DNA of 64,000 nt. Source: Fimbriimonadia bacterium (GTDB taxonomy: Bacteria > Armatimonadota > Fimbriimonadia > Fimbriimonadales > JABRVX01). Position numbers and translations under genes: made by a program. Position 1 is the stretch's first letter; every line of letters begins with the position of its first letter. Positions 36,710 through 45,955 of the stretch are shown piece after piece. Under the pieces are notes generated by a model. The model did no database searches and was not told the DNA's origin. It was given only the letters and a program-made list of their open reading frames with translations. The DNA lies in contig JBGPGO010000003.1 in the NCBI GenBank assembly GCA_041483895.1, positions 192,001-256,000 on the forward strand. Direction: 5' to 3'.

Positions 36710-39700
36710 CTACGGACCCTCTTCGCGACCGGACTTCGGTGCGACGCGCACCTTGGTAGTAAGTTCCCGCCATTCCCGAATCGGTTTCGTCTTCGCCTCA
36801 CCCGAGCCGGCCTTGATGGCCAGCGTTCGGATCTCCTGTGGATGGAGCATGCCGGTTTCGGCGTCCATGGGAATCCCCAATAGATTCGTGGTCGTCATTC
36901 CGGTCTGGTCGTAGCCGATCTTTAGGTCCGCCTTGCCGGATTTGCCGGATAGGTTGACCAATCGCAACACCTGGCCCGCCCCCTCTCTCCGGAGTGCGGC
37001 AGCGACGATATTTGGTCCTGTTTGTAGATAGCTCTTCTCCGCTGCCAGGTTTCCGCCGCCGGTTGACACGGTCATCGCGATCAGTGGTTCCTCGTACTTC
37101 CACGATTCAGCGGCGATATTCGTGCGATTGTCGTGAGGCAGCAGTGCATATTCGAACTCATTGATTCCGTTCCCGGCGAGCGATGGGCAGGGATGCTCGA
37201 TATATTGGGGAAGGCTGTTGAGAAGCAGAAGGGCAACGTCGTCGCCGTATGCCTCTCGGTTGGTGATCCCTTTGTCCAGAAGCGCCGCCCCGCCATGATC
37301 GCTCCAACCGACGACGGGAAACAGGCCCTCCCCCCGCTGTTGCCGCCCGTAGGGAATCCCCTGTTCGGACTGCCCGTTCCCGGGAAGTCGAAAGTGCACG
37401 GATACGATCTTCGATTCGCCCCGCCAGTCCAGGCGCGTCTTGAAGTCAATCCGTGGGCTGTGGCGATACAGGGTGATTTGGCGGCGCAGAGGCGAATCCT
37501 TTCCCAGAGAGTTCTCCACCGTAATCACCCAAGCGAGCGGCCCTTCTTCCACGGCGATGGCCGGCTTCGTCTCTCCGGATGTCCCAACGATCTTCCGTTG
37601 TTGGCGCGGAGCGGGAAAATGCTGTTCCGCCCCTGTTTCGATGCGCAGCTCATTCGATTCCCCACTGAGCAGTTCTTTGCCGCCTTTGTCCTTCAGGCTT
37701 GCGATTGCCCCTGATGTCGGGTTAATGGTCAGTGTGTAATAGGGAGTCTTGATGGTGGCGGCCTTCGTGCTCTTTGATTCGGTTGGCACGCCCGAAGAAA
37801 CGTGAAGGGTTGTGTAGCCAAGCGCCGGCGTCTTCACAAGACCGACAACCTTGCCATCCAAGGTCTGTGTCGGTATGAGTCGACCCGTGTTGTCCCGCAC
37901 GATTGTCCCCGGAGCGATGGGCAATTCGCACGTTTCCTCGCGCGGCCAAGAAAGGGGATTGAATACCAGAATCGTCGCCTCCTCCTTGCTCGCCGCCATT
38001 TTGCCACCCACGTACCGCAACGCATCTTCCAACACCCGCCCAGCTATCCGGTCCACAAAATCAAACCGATCCGTCGCGTTCCACTCCTCATCCCCCCGGA
38101 AAACCGACTCGATCGCCGCGCCCCAAATCGTGTTGCGATCCATGTTGAGCAGCAACTGGATCCAGCAGGTATACAAATCCTGTGCCGGGTAATCGAACCC
38201 GTGCAGGTTCGCCAGAGTTGCCGCCTTCTCCGCCTCCATCAGCAAATGCTCCGAATGGCGAAACCGCTGCCGGACCCACGGCATATTGACGTTGAACGCG
38301 AGCCAGCTATACCCCAGCTCGCCGTCTAGGACCGGCAAGCCGTCGCTCTTTAGATTCTTTAGGAACGACGAGGGGGTTGTGAATTGGAACTTGTCCTTCG
38401 GGTGGGCCGCGTTCCACTCTTCAATCAGTTGCTCGGCAAATCCCGGTTTGGCGGGGGGCAGGGAGTAGTCGCCATACCCGGTCGGGACCAACGCCGCGTC
38501 CGTGGGCGAGTTCAGTGCAATGTATCGCTTCGTTTCTTCAAAATCACGCAACGCGTTCTCGTGGACTGTAGCTTCGGCAAAGACGCTCCCTGGATGTTCC
38601 GGTTGGCCGAACCAGCCGTACACGGGCCAGTTCACGCCGAACAGCTCGCTTCCATCCGGGGATCGCCATCGGAAGACCGTGCTGCCGGTCGGATTGCCGC
38701 GCGTGAACACGATGGAGGAGATGCCGGTCTTGCTGACTATCTGGGGCATCTGAGCGTGCATGCCGACCGCGTCTATCATCCAGCAGGTTGAAGGCGTGCG
38801 CCCCATTTCCTCCTGTTGCCATCGTACACCCTGGATAGCCATCTGGCACAGCGCTTCGCCATCTGCCAAGTTCGTATCCGGCTCCAGAAAGAAGCTGTTC
38901 ACGAGCTCCACCCGCCCCGCGTCCATCTCCTCTTTCAGCCGCATCCACTGGTCGTCCGTCAGCTTCTCTTTGGCAGTGATCAGGTTTGGGACCTCGGAAA
39001 GCGCGAACCGATAACTGGGTTGGTTTCGCATGTAGTACAGGTGCTGGTTTAGAATGTCCGCGACTTTCTGCCGTTCGCCCGACCAGGGCAGAAGCCATCC
39101 GCAGATCGTGCCGTGCGAATTGGGGACCATATCGACCGTGATCGGACGGTTCATCCATTGGCGCACTGGTGAAATATCGAACCACTTGTGGCCGGCGAGA
39201 TAATCTAGGGCGTTCCTCGTCAGCCGCTCCAGGTTGGCGCGATAGCGGTTGTTCGCGCGGCCATAGTCCGGCAGCCGCCAACCGATGGCGAGAATGCGAC
39301 CCTTCCCGACCGCGTACTCGACAATCGGCCACTCGCCTTCATCGGGCCAAGCCTGCGCTATCGGAATGCCCTCTATTGGACCGCCCGTCCCATGGAAATC
39401 GGCCGTTGGTGGATGACCGCCGGACGTGACGCTTGTCTCGCCGGTCAGTCCTTGGAATAGTGGGTGGGTTTTGGTGGGGATCAGCGGTCGAAACCCGGCG
39501 ACGAAGTTGTCGGAACCCGCTTCCAGGCGGCGTAACGGCGCGCTTTCGATCCCGACGGAGTTGAGACTTGTCAGCGCGGTACCTGTGAGCAGCAGCCCCC
39601 CACCCTTCTCCACAAATTCGCGCAAATGGGGCGTAAGTCCGGAGGTCGGGCTGGTCTGGTCGCCGTGCCACCACACTGTATCGAAGCCGTCGAACCTGTC

Positions 39701-39823
39701 GTCCACCATCTTGGCGTGGAGGCTTTTGAGCGCGAATTCCTTCGCCGAACTGTCTCCCTTGTCAACAAACCCGATGGAGTGCGGAGCGATTCCCGTCAGA
39801 ACACAAATTACAAGTGTCATCAT
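36710..39823 (-). CDS. GH38 alpha-mannosidase-like glycoside hydrolase with an extra N-terminal domain
   Basis: EPDTNLADGEALCQ, WMIDAVG (nucleophile region), FRWRSPDGS, GYGD, VFNPLSW; N-terminal class-I GATase-like segment (FVEKGGGLLL). Confidence 0.75.
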   Translation of the reverse strand: MMTLVICVLTGIAPHSIGFVDKGDSSAKEFALKSLHAKMVDDRFDGFDTVWWHGDQTSPTSGLTPHLREFVEKGGGLLLTGTALTSLNSVGIESAPLRRLEAGSDNFVAGFRPLIPTKTHPLFQGLTGETSVTSGGHPPTADFHGTGGPIEGIPIAQAWPDEGEWPIVEYAVGKGRILAIGWRLPDYGRANNRYRANLERLTRNALDYLAGHKWFDISPVRQWMNRPITVDMVPNSHGTICGWLLPWSGERQKVADILNQHLYYMRNQPSYRFALSEVPNLITAKEKLTDDQWMRLKEEMDAGRVELVNSFFLEPDTNLADGEALCQMAIQGVRWQQEEMGRTPSTCWMIDAVGMHAQMPQIVSKTGISSIVFTRGNPTGSTVFRWRSPDGSELFGVNWPVYGWFGQPEHPGSVFAEATVHENALRDFEETKRYIALNSPTDAALVPTGYGDYSLPPAKPGFAEQLIEEWNAAHPKDKFQFTTPSSFLKNLKSDGLPVLDGELGYSWLAFNVNMPWVRQRFRHSEHLLMEAEKAATLANLHGFDYPAQDLYTCWIQLLLNMDRNTIWGAAIESVFRGDEEWNATDRFDFVDRIAGRVLEDALRYVGGKMAASKEEATILVFNPLSWPREETCELPIAPGTIVRDNTGRLIPTQTLDGKVVGLVKTPALGYTTLHVSSGVPTESKSTKAATIKTPYYTLTINPTSGAIASLKDKGGKELLSGESNELRIETGAEQHFPAPRQQRKIVGTSGETKPAIAVEEGPLAWVITVENSLGKDSPLRRQITLYRHSPRIDFKTRLDWRGESKIVSVHFRLPGNGQSEQGIPYGRQQRGEGLFPVVGWSDHGGAALLDKGITNREAYGDDVALLLLNSLPQYIEHPCPSLAGNGINEFEYALLPHDNRTNIAAESWKYEEPLIAMTVSTGGGNLAAEKSYLQTGPNIVAAALRREGAGQVLRLVNLSGKSGKADLKIGYDQTGMTTTNLLGIPMDAETGMLHPQEIRTLAIKAGSGEAKTKPIREWRELTTKVRVAPKSGREEGP

Positions 39824-39872
39824 CAAGGGATCCTATTCGCCTCTCACAGGCGATTCCCTTGAGGACAGATGC

Positions 39873-39899
39873 AAACAGGAGGCGGCCGGCCGCCTCCTG
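39873..39899 (-). terminator. Perfect 24-bp palindrome followed by TTT on the minus strand
   Basis: caggaggcggccggccgcctcctg at 39876-39899. Confidence 0.55.
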
Positions 39900-40053
39900 A
39901 TCGGATCGATGGCAATGCTCCTTGGCTACTTCGGCATGTCGCCGGCTCCATTGCAACGGTGGTTGTCCGGCGTGAAATGGGTCATGCCACTTTCGGGTCC
40001 CGACCCCAATCAGTCGGCTTGCGGGCCGGTAGCAATTCACCGACCTTTGCGGG

Positions 40054-40062
40054 TGCTATAAT
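40054..40062 (+). promoter_or_regulatory. Extended -10 promoter of carB
   Basis: TGcTATAAT about 38 nt upstream of the GTG start. Confidence 0.55.
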
Positions 40063-40099
40063 ACACGGGTTCCCCCCAACTCTCCCGGAAAGGCTGCCT

Positions 40100-43000
40100 G
40101 TGCCACGCGACGCGAGCATCAAGAAGGTCCTGGTCATCGGTTCAGGTCCGATTGTGATCGGGCAGGCGGCGGAATTTGATTATGCCGGGACACAGGCGTG
40201 CCGGTCGCTTCGCGAGGAAGGCGTTTCCGTCGTCCTCGTCAACTCCAATCCCGCAACAATCATGACTGACGCGGCTACAGCGGATCGGGTGTACATCGAG
40301 CCGCTCACGATCCCCTTTCTCGAGCGCATTATCGCCATCGAAAAACCGGATTCGCTGTTGCCGTCGCTAGGGGGGCAGACCGGACTCAATCTCGCCGCCC
40401 AGCTCGCGGACGAGGGGATACTAGAAAGATATGGCGTCCGTCTTCTGGGTACGCCGCTCTCGGCGATTCACAAAGCGGAGGACCGGGAGATGTTCCGCGA
40501 TGCCATGCGGCATATCAATGAGCCCGTTCCGGAAAGCTGGGTCGTCGTGTCGCGGGAACAGCTAGCGGATGTCGCGGAGATTGCTCCGTACCCGTGCATC
40601 ATCCGCCCCGCCTACACTCTCGGCGGCACGGGCGGCGGCGTGGCCCATGACAAAGAAGAGCTGATCGAGATCGGCCGACTCGGTCTCTCCCTCTCCATGC
40701 GCAATCAGATATTGGTCGAACGCAGCCTGCTCGGTTGGAAAGAGCTCGAGTATGAGGTGATGCGCGATGGCGCGAACAACGCGATCACCATCTGCAACAT
40801 GGAGAACCTGGATCCGATGGGAGTGCATACGGGTGACAGCATCGTGGTCGCTCCCAGCCAGACGCTGAGCGATATCGAATATCAGTTGCTGCGGTCCGCA
40901 TCGTTGCGAATCATCCGCGAGCTTGGCGTAGAGGGCGGGTGCAACGTACAATTTGCCGTCAGCCCGCACGGCTTCGATTACTATGTGATCGAGGTCAATC
41001 CGCGCGTGTCACGGTCTTCCGCGCTGGCATCTAAGGCGACGGGATATCCCATCGCGCGCGTATCGGCAAAGGTTGCGATCGGTCTTCGGCTGGACGAAAT
41101 CGACAACGCCGTGACGAAGAAGACCAAGGCATTTTTCGAACCGGCATTGGACTATTGCGTGGTGAAAATCCCACGATGGCCGTTCGACAAATTCTTAGAG
41201 GGCGACCGGCGGTTGGGCACGCAGATGAAGGCGACCGGAGAAGTGATGGCGATCGACCGGACCTTTGAGGCGGCCCTGATGAAGGCGCTCCGCTCGCTGG
41301 AATTGGACGCCCACGATCTCCGACATCCCCGCTTTTCCGGTATGCCCGATGACGAGCTTTGGACCGCGGCCCGCACCGCCACCGACGATCGCCTGTGGGC
41401 TGTCATCGAGGTTCTCCGACGTTCTGGAGGATTAGTGTCTGGAGGGCTCCGTTCCATCGGAGCCGATTTGCGACATGGCTCCGATGGAACGGAGCCCTCC
41501 AGAACGGAGTCTTCCAATAAAGCCGGCTCCGATGGAACGGAGCCCTCCAGAACGGAGCCCTCGATCCGGGCGCTCGCGCGCGAAACGGGCATCGACTTGT
41601 GGTTTCTGGAAAAGCTCCACCGGCTCGTGCAAATCGAAAAAGAGATTTCGGACACGCCGATGGATGGCAACAGCTTGCGCCGATGGAAGCAGTTAGGTTT
41701 CTCCGATCGCACGATCGCCGCAATGCTGGGAATGACGGAAAGGGAAGTGCGGGAACGGAGGAAGATCGAAGGCATCCTTCCCGCCTACAAAATGGTCGAT
41801 ACGTGCGCCGGGGAGTTTGAGGCAGTCACGCCCTATTATTACTCCACCTATCATGGCGAATCCGACGACACTCCTCCGCGCGACGGTTCGGCTATCCTCG
41901 TCCTCGGCTCCGGTCCCATCCGCATCGGCCAAGGCGTGGAGTTCGATTACTGCAGCGTCCACGCCGTCCAAGCGCTGCATGACGCCGGTCGGCGATCGGT
42001 CATCATCAACAGCAATCCGGAAACCGTCAGCACCGACTTCGACATCTCCGACGCCCTCTACTTCGATCCGATAACGCTCGAAGACGTGCTGAACCTGTGC
42101 AATCACGAGCAACCGGAAGGGGTCATTGTGCAGTTCGGCGGGCAGACTGCCGTCAACCTCGCCCGGCCGCTGCAAGAAGCGGGGATCAAGCTGATGGGGA
42201 CCTCGGCGGATGCGATGGAGGCGACCGAAGACCGCGACAAATTCGAGCAGCTTCTCACGCGATTGGACCTGCCGAAGCCGCCGGGGCAAGGAGTGACGGC
42301 GTTGGTGGACGCGCGAAAAGTGGCCGCGCGGATCGGCTATCCGGTGCTGGTCCGGCCGTCGTTTGTTTTAGGGGGCCGGGCGATGCGAGTGGTTCACGCC
42401 GAGGATGAGCTGACCGCCTATTGGGCGGGCGCGGCGGCGGCATCGGCGGATGCGCCGGTACTTGTAGATAAGTTTATCGTTGGCGGTGAGGCGGAAGTCG
42501 ATCTGGTATGCGACGGATCGAACGTGGCACTCAGCGGCATCATGGAGCATATCGAAGCGGCCGGCGTGCATTCCGGCGACAGCATGGCGGTTACTCCTCC
42601 CATCACGCTGACGGCAACCGTATGCGAGCAGATCGAGGAGAGCGCGCGCCGAATCGCTTTGGAGGCGGGGATAGTCGGCATGCTCAATATCCAATACGTG
42701 ATTCGCGATGGCGTCCCGTACGTTTTGGAAGTGAATCCGCGCGCCAGCCGAACCATCCCGTACATTAGCAAGGTGATTGGCGTTCCGCTCGTTCAGCTTG
42801 CGGTGCGGGCCATGTTGGGAGAGCCGATAGCCGAGGTCGTTCGCGCCACCGGCAAGGTCTACGCGGTCAAAGCGCCGGTGTTCAGCTTCCAAAAGTTGAC
42901 CAGGGTCGAACCGATGCTGGGACCCGAGATGAAATCCACGGGCGAGATTATGGGGGTGGACGACGACTATCCCTCGGCGTTGCTCAAGGCCTTCATCGCC

Positions 43001-43423
43001 GCCGGGATGCCGCCGCAGCCGACGGGTTTGGCGCTTCTCACCGTGTCGGATCGCGATAAGGAGCGGATCGTGCGAATCGGGAAAAAGCTCATCGATCGAG
43101 GGTACGAAATCGCGGCGACGCTGGGGACGCATGAAGCCCTCCAATCGGCCGGTGTCGCGTCGGCGCCGGTGCAGAAGATGCAGCAGGGGTCGCCGAGCAT
43201 TCTGGACCTCGTTCGTGGCGGAACGGTTTCGCTACTCATCAATACCATCTCGCACACTGTCGAATCGGAGGGGCATTCGGTCAAGATTCGACGCGCTTGC
43301 GTGGAACAGGGCGTCCCATGCGTTACATCCCTGGACACCGCCGAAGCGCTCATCGAGGCGATAGACGCCGCCAAGAACCCGTCCGCAGTAGATTGCCGGG
43401 CCTTGACGGACTATGTGCACTAG
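40100..43423 (+). CDS. carB: Carbamoyl-phosphate synthase large subunit
   Basis: IKKVLVIGSGPIVIGQAAEFDYAGTQAC, EVNPRVSRSSALASKATG, second ATP-grasp half, MGS domain. Confidence 0.97.
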   Translation: MPRDASIKKVLVIGSGPIVIGQAAEFDYAGTQACRSLREEGVSVVLVNSNPATIMTDAATADRVYIEPLTIPFLERIIAIEKPDSLLPSLGGQTGLNLAAQLADEGILERYGVRLLGTPLSAIHKAEDREMFRDAMRHINEPVPESWVVVSREQLADVAEIAPYPCIIRPAYTLGGTGGGVAHDKEELIEIGRLGLSLSMRNQILVERSLLGWKELEYEVMRDGANNAITICNMENLDPMGVHTGDSIVVAPSQTLSDIEYQLLRSASLRIIRELGVEGGCNVQFAVSPHGFDYYVIEVNPRVSRSSALASKATGYPIARVSAKVAIGLRLDEIDNAVTKKTKAFFEPALDYCVVKIPRWPFDKFLEGDRRLGTQMKATGEVMAIDRTFEAALMKALRSLELDAHDLRHPRFSGMPDDELWTAARTATDDRLWAVIEVLRRSGGLVSGGLRSIGADLRHGSDGTEPSRTESSNKAGSDGTEPSRTEPSIRALARETGIDLWFLEKLHRLVQIEKEISDTPMDGNSLRRWKQLGFSDRTIAAMLGMTEREVRERRKIEGILPAYKMVDTCAGEFEAVTPYYYSTYHGESDDTPPRDGSAILVLGSGPIRIGQGVEFDYCSVHAVQALHDAGRRSVIINSNPETVSTDFDISDALYFDPITLEDVLNLCNHEQPEGVIVQFGGQTAVNLARPLQEAGIKLMGTSADAMEATEDRDKFEQLLTRLDLPKPPGQGVTALVDARKVAARIGYPVLVRPSFVLGGRAMRVVHAEDELTAYWAGAAAASADAPVLVDKFIVGGEAEVDLVCDGSNVALSGIMEHIEAAGVHSGDSMAVTPPITLTATVCEQIEESARRIALEAGIVGMLNIQYVIRDGVPYVLEVNPRASRTIPYISKVIGVPLVQLAVRAMLGEPIAEVVRATGKVYAVKAPVFSFQKLTRVEPMLGPEMKSTGEIMGVDDDYPSALLKAFIAAGMPPQPTGLALLTVSDRDKERIVRIGKKLIDRGYEIAATLGTHEALQSAGVASAPVQKMQQGSPSILDLVRGGTVSLLINTISHTVESEGHSVKIRRACVEQGVPCVTSLDTAEALIEAIDAAKNPSAVDCRALTDYVH
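41438..41557. repeat. Palindromic REP-like element in frame within carB
   Basis: 27-bp perfect inverted repeat at 41438-41464 and 41477-41503; 33-bp direct repeat at 41477-41509 and 41525-41557. Confidence 0.9.
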
Positions 43424-43433
43424 GTAGTTCCAA

Positions 43434-43465
43434 ATTCTGAATTCTAGAATATAGAATGGTATACT
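43434..43465 (+). promoter_or_regulatory. Palindromic operator overlapping an extended -10 promoter (leaderless transcript)
   Basis: ATTCT-ga-ATTCT|AGAAT-at-AGAAT at 43434-43457; TGgTATACT ends 6 nt before ATG 43472. Confidence 0.65.
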
Positions 43466-43471
43466 GGCGCC

Positions 43472-43972
43472 ATGCTAAAGCCTCAAGATGTATTGATCGT
43501 ACTAAAGCTCCAGGCCATCGGCAATAAAGAAACGCTCCAGAAACTTAGTTCGATGCTTGGTCTGAGCGCATCTCAAGTACACGCATCCATGCAGCGGCTC
43601 AAAGTCGGAGGATTGGTAAATGATGTCTCCGCGGTGCAACCGAGGGCCGTATATGAGATGCTCCTAGCACTAAGATATTTCATGCCCGCGGAAAAGAACG
43701 GACTGGTCCGGGGTATTCCTACGGCATACGCCGCGCCGCCGCTTTCGAACAAGATCGTTGCGGGCGACGAGCCTCCACCGGTATGGTCGGATGCGGAGGG
43801 CACTGTGAAGGGCATGTCCATTTCGCCGATCCACAAAGTGGTGCCTGTGGCAATAAAGCAGGATCCAGTGCTTTATGAATATCTCGCACTCGTGGATGCG
43901 CTCCGCATTGGACGCGCGAGAGAGGTTCAATTGGCACGTGACGAATTGAAGGCGAGATTTGGCATTTCGTGA
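43472..43972 (+). CDS. wHTH protein, putative antitoxin/regulator
   Basis: N-terminal HTH (LSSMLGLSASQVHASMQRL); RGIPTAYAAPPL; LALVDALRIGRARE. Confidence 0.7.
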   Translation: MLKPQDVLIVLKLQAIGNKETLQKLSSMLGLSASQVHASMQRLKVGGLVNDVSAVQPRAVYEMLLALRYFMPAEKNGLVRGIPTAYAAPPLSNKIVAGDEPPPVWSDAEGTVKGMSISPIHKVVPVAIKQDPVLYEYLALVDALRIGRAREVQLARDELKARFGIS

Positions 43973-44670
43973 TGCGATCTTCTCCGCAATTAGACATGAT
44001 CGTGAAGGCATCGGGTGCACTGGGCCCTTTGAACGACAACGTTGTCTTTGTTGGAGGCTCGGTCCTCTGCTTGCTGCTGACCGATGAGTCCGCCGCAACG
44101 CCGAGGCCGACAGAAGACGTTGACGTCATTATCGAGATTGCATCGCGGAAGCAGTACTATGAACTCGAAGACAAGCTACGAAATCTCGGTTTTCAACAAG
44201 ACCCATTTGAGTCGAACATATGCCGCTGGCGTATTGAAGATTTGGCGGTGGACATTATGCCGATCAAAGAGGAGATATTGGGGTTTACCAACGATTGGTA
44301 TCTTTCGGCGATGACTCATGGCACCAGGATCGAACTTCCGAATCGTATGGTAATTGCAAGGATCGATGCGCCGCACTTTGTCGCAACGAAGCTGTCGGCC
44401 TTTCGTGATCGTGGCGGCGGCGACATGTTCTCGAGCGTCGATATGGAAGACGTCGTTACAATTCTTGATGGCCGACCGGAATTGATCGAGGAAGTTAGTC
44501 TGTCCCCGGCCGACCTGTTGTCGTATCTAGCTTCTGAGGCTCGCCGGCTCCTCGAAGAACAACATTTGGAATCCGCGATAGAAGGCCATCTTCGAACTGT
44601 CCTCAATTCGGCCGCGCGCGTTCCGATCGTATTGGATCGAATTCGCCTGTTGACCGAGATAAAGGGCTAA
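43969..44670 (+). CDS. Nucleotidyltransferase-fold protein, putative AbiEii-like toxin
   Basis: VFVGG, RPTEDVDV (DxD), ATKLSAF, DMEDV; GTGA coupling to the HTH gene. Confidence 0.7.
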   Translation: MMRSSPQLDMIVKASGALGPLNDNVVFVGGSVLCLLLTDESAATPRPTEDVDVIIEIASRKQYYELEDKLRNLGFQQDPFESNICRWRIEDLAVDIMPIKEEILGFTNDWYLSAMTHGTRIELPNRMVIARIDAPHFVATKLSAFRDRGGGDMFSSVDMEDVVTILDGRPELIEEVSLSPADLLSYLASEARRLLEEQHLESAIEGHLRTVLNSAARVPIVLDRIRLLTEIKG

Positions 44671-44703
44671 CGCCGCCGGACGGCGAAACTGAGTACCGCA
44701 AGG

Positions 44704-45774
44704 ATGCTAGGTATCTGGACCACTCTCTTCGGGTTTTTTGTGGGAGCCGCCGCCGGGAGCTTCGTCAACGTCCTTGTCTGGCGGCTCCCGCGCAACCAGT
44801 CCATCAATAACCCCAAGTGGAGCTATTGCCCGAACTGCAAGGCCCGCCTCACGCTTTTGGACCTATTCCCCCTGCTCAGCTTCCTGTTCAGCCGTGCCCG
44901 GTGCCGCCACTGCGGAAAGCCGATCGCGTGGCGATATTTTTGGGTAGAGATTATGTGCGCCTCCCTTTGGGCCGGTCTGTGGTATCAGAATATGGTGATC
45001 GGTTGGCAGCCTGCCGTCTTCCTGGCCTACGCGCTTTTTGCCACCGCTCTCGTCGCGATCGTATTTATCGATATCGAGTTTTTCCTCATCCCCGACGAGC
45101 TGAACACCTGGCTTCTCCTGTGCGGCATCGGGCTTGGAGTCTATTTCCTGGTGATCGGAGACCTGCGCGGCTGGCAGCAGGTGGGTTCGTTGCATCTGCC
45201 GGCATTCTTGGTCGGGATGGTGGCGGGTACGGCAATTCTGTGGCTAATCGCGTTTTTGGGCAGAATTCTGTTTCGCAAAGATGCCATGGGGCATGGGGAC
45301 ATCAAGATGGCGCGGGGCATGGGGGCGCTGCTGCCGTTCCCGTTTCTGGTGGCCTCTATCGGATTGGCAATCGCGTTTGGGGCGGTGATTGGGGTCATTT
45401 TGCTGATACTGTTGGGGAACAAGAGTGAGCCGGAAGTTGCGCAGGAAGCGCCGGAAGAGGAAAATCCCAAGCCAGAGCCGGTTGGGGTGCTTCTCGTCGC
45501 CCTCCCGATCTATCTCCTCTGTCTGGATGCCATTACGACCCTCATCCCGCCGCTCATGAAGCCGCTGGATGGCGTTACTACGCGATTGATAAAGTCCGTC
45601 GCACCTGGTTGGGAGCCGCCGTCCGAAGACCCGGCAGAAGATGACTGGAAGCCGACCGCGTCGACAATCCCATTTGGCCCCTGGCTGGCGGCGGGGGCAT
45701 TGTGCGCCATGCTGCTTGCGGGGCCCATCGAAACCGGCGTACGAGCCTATATCCGATGGGCGACAGGGGGTTGA
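44704..45774 (+). CDS. pilD: Prepilin peptidase / N-methyltransferase (A24)
   Basis: GSFVNVLVWRLP, CPNC...CRHC, FIDIE, MGHGDIKM, IPFGPWL. Confidence 0.92.
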   Translation: MLGIWTTLFGFFVGAAAGSFVNVLVWRLPRNQSINNPKWSYCPNCKARLTLLDLFPLLSFLFSRARCRHCGKPIAWRYFWVEIMCASLWAGLWYQNMVIGWQPAVFLAYALFATALVAIVFIDIEFFLIPDELNTWLLLCGIGLGVYFLVIGDLRGWQQVGSLHLPAFLVGMVAGTAILWLIAFLGRILFRKDAMGHGDIKMARGMGALLPFPFLVASIGLAIAFGAVIGVILLILLGNKSEPEVAQEAPEEENPKPEPVGVLLVALPIYLLCLDAITTLIPPLMKPLDGVTTRLIKSVAPGWEPPSEDPAEDDWKPTASTIPFGPWLAAGALCAMLLAGPIETGVRAYIRWATGG

Positions 45775-45860
45775 CGTCGTCCGATGTGTTTGGGTCTTGG
45801 GTATCGGTGCTAGGGCGGATATCGGAACGCGTGAACCCCGACACTTCTGGGGTAAGGCTT

Positions 45861-45894
45861 AAACAATAAAGACGGCCCGAAGGCCGTCTGTTTT
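45861..45894. terminator. Bidirectional Rho-independent terminator
   Basis: aaacaataa-agacggcc-cgaa-ggccgtct-gtttt. Confidence 0.8.
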
Positions 45895-45950
45895 ATAAGT
45901 GGGGCCGCATCCGTGCGGCCTCCTTCGTTCCCACCATCCTTGGTGTCCAC
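45861..45950 (-). ncRNA. Candidate GGA-rich CsrA/RsmA-sponge-like small RNA (about 90 nt)
   Basis: Own promoter and terminator; five GGA motifs, two of them in hairpin loops (CACCA-AGGA-UGGUG and GGCCGCA-CGGA-UGCGGCC). Confidence 0.6.
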
Positions 45951-45955
45951 TGCTT

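Noticed and set aside
39835..39855. PyrR-binding loop or known riboswitch near carB
   Set aside because: The hairpin tcgcct-gtgag-aggcga only loosely resembles the PyrR loop and faces away from carB. No cobalamin, TPP, FMN, SAM or T-box consensus was found by eye.
39869..40099. Long N-terminal extensions in the ORF track (carB; also lon, nth, tatD, ligase-TPR, protease, methyltransferase)
   Set aside because: Family similarity, SD or -10 position and stop/start coupling all point to downstream starts.
41420..41565. Intein or self-splicing intron in carB
   Set aside because: Too short, with no intein C/S...HN termini or group I/II features; the palindromic repeat explains it.
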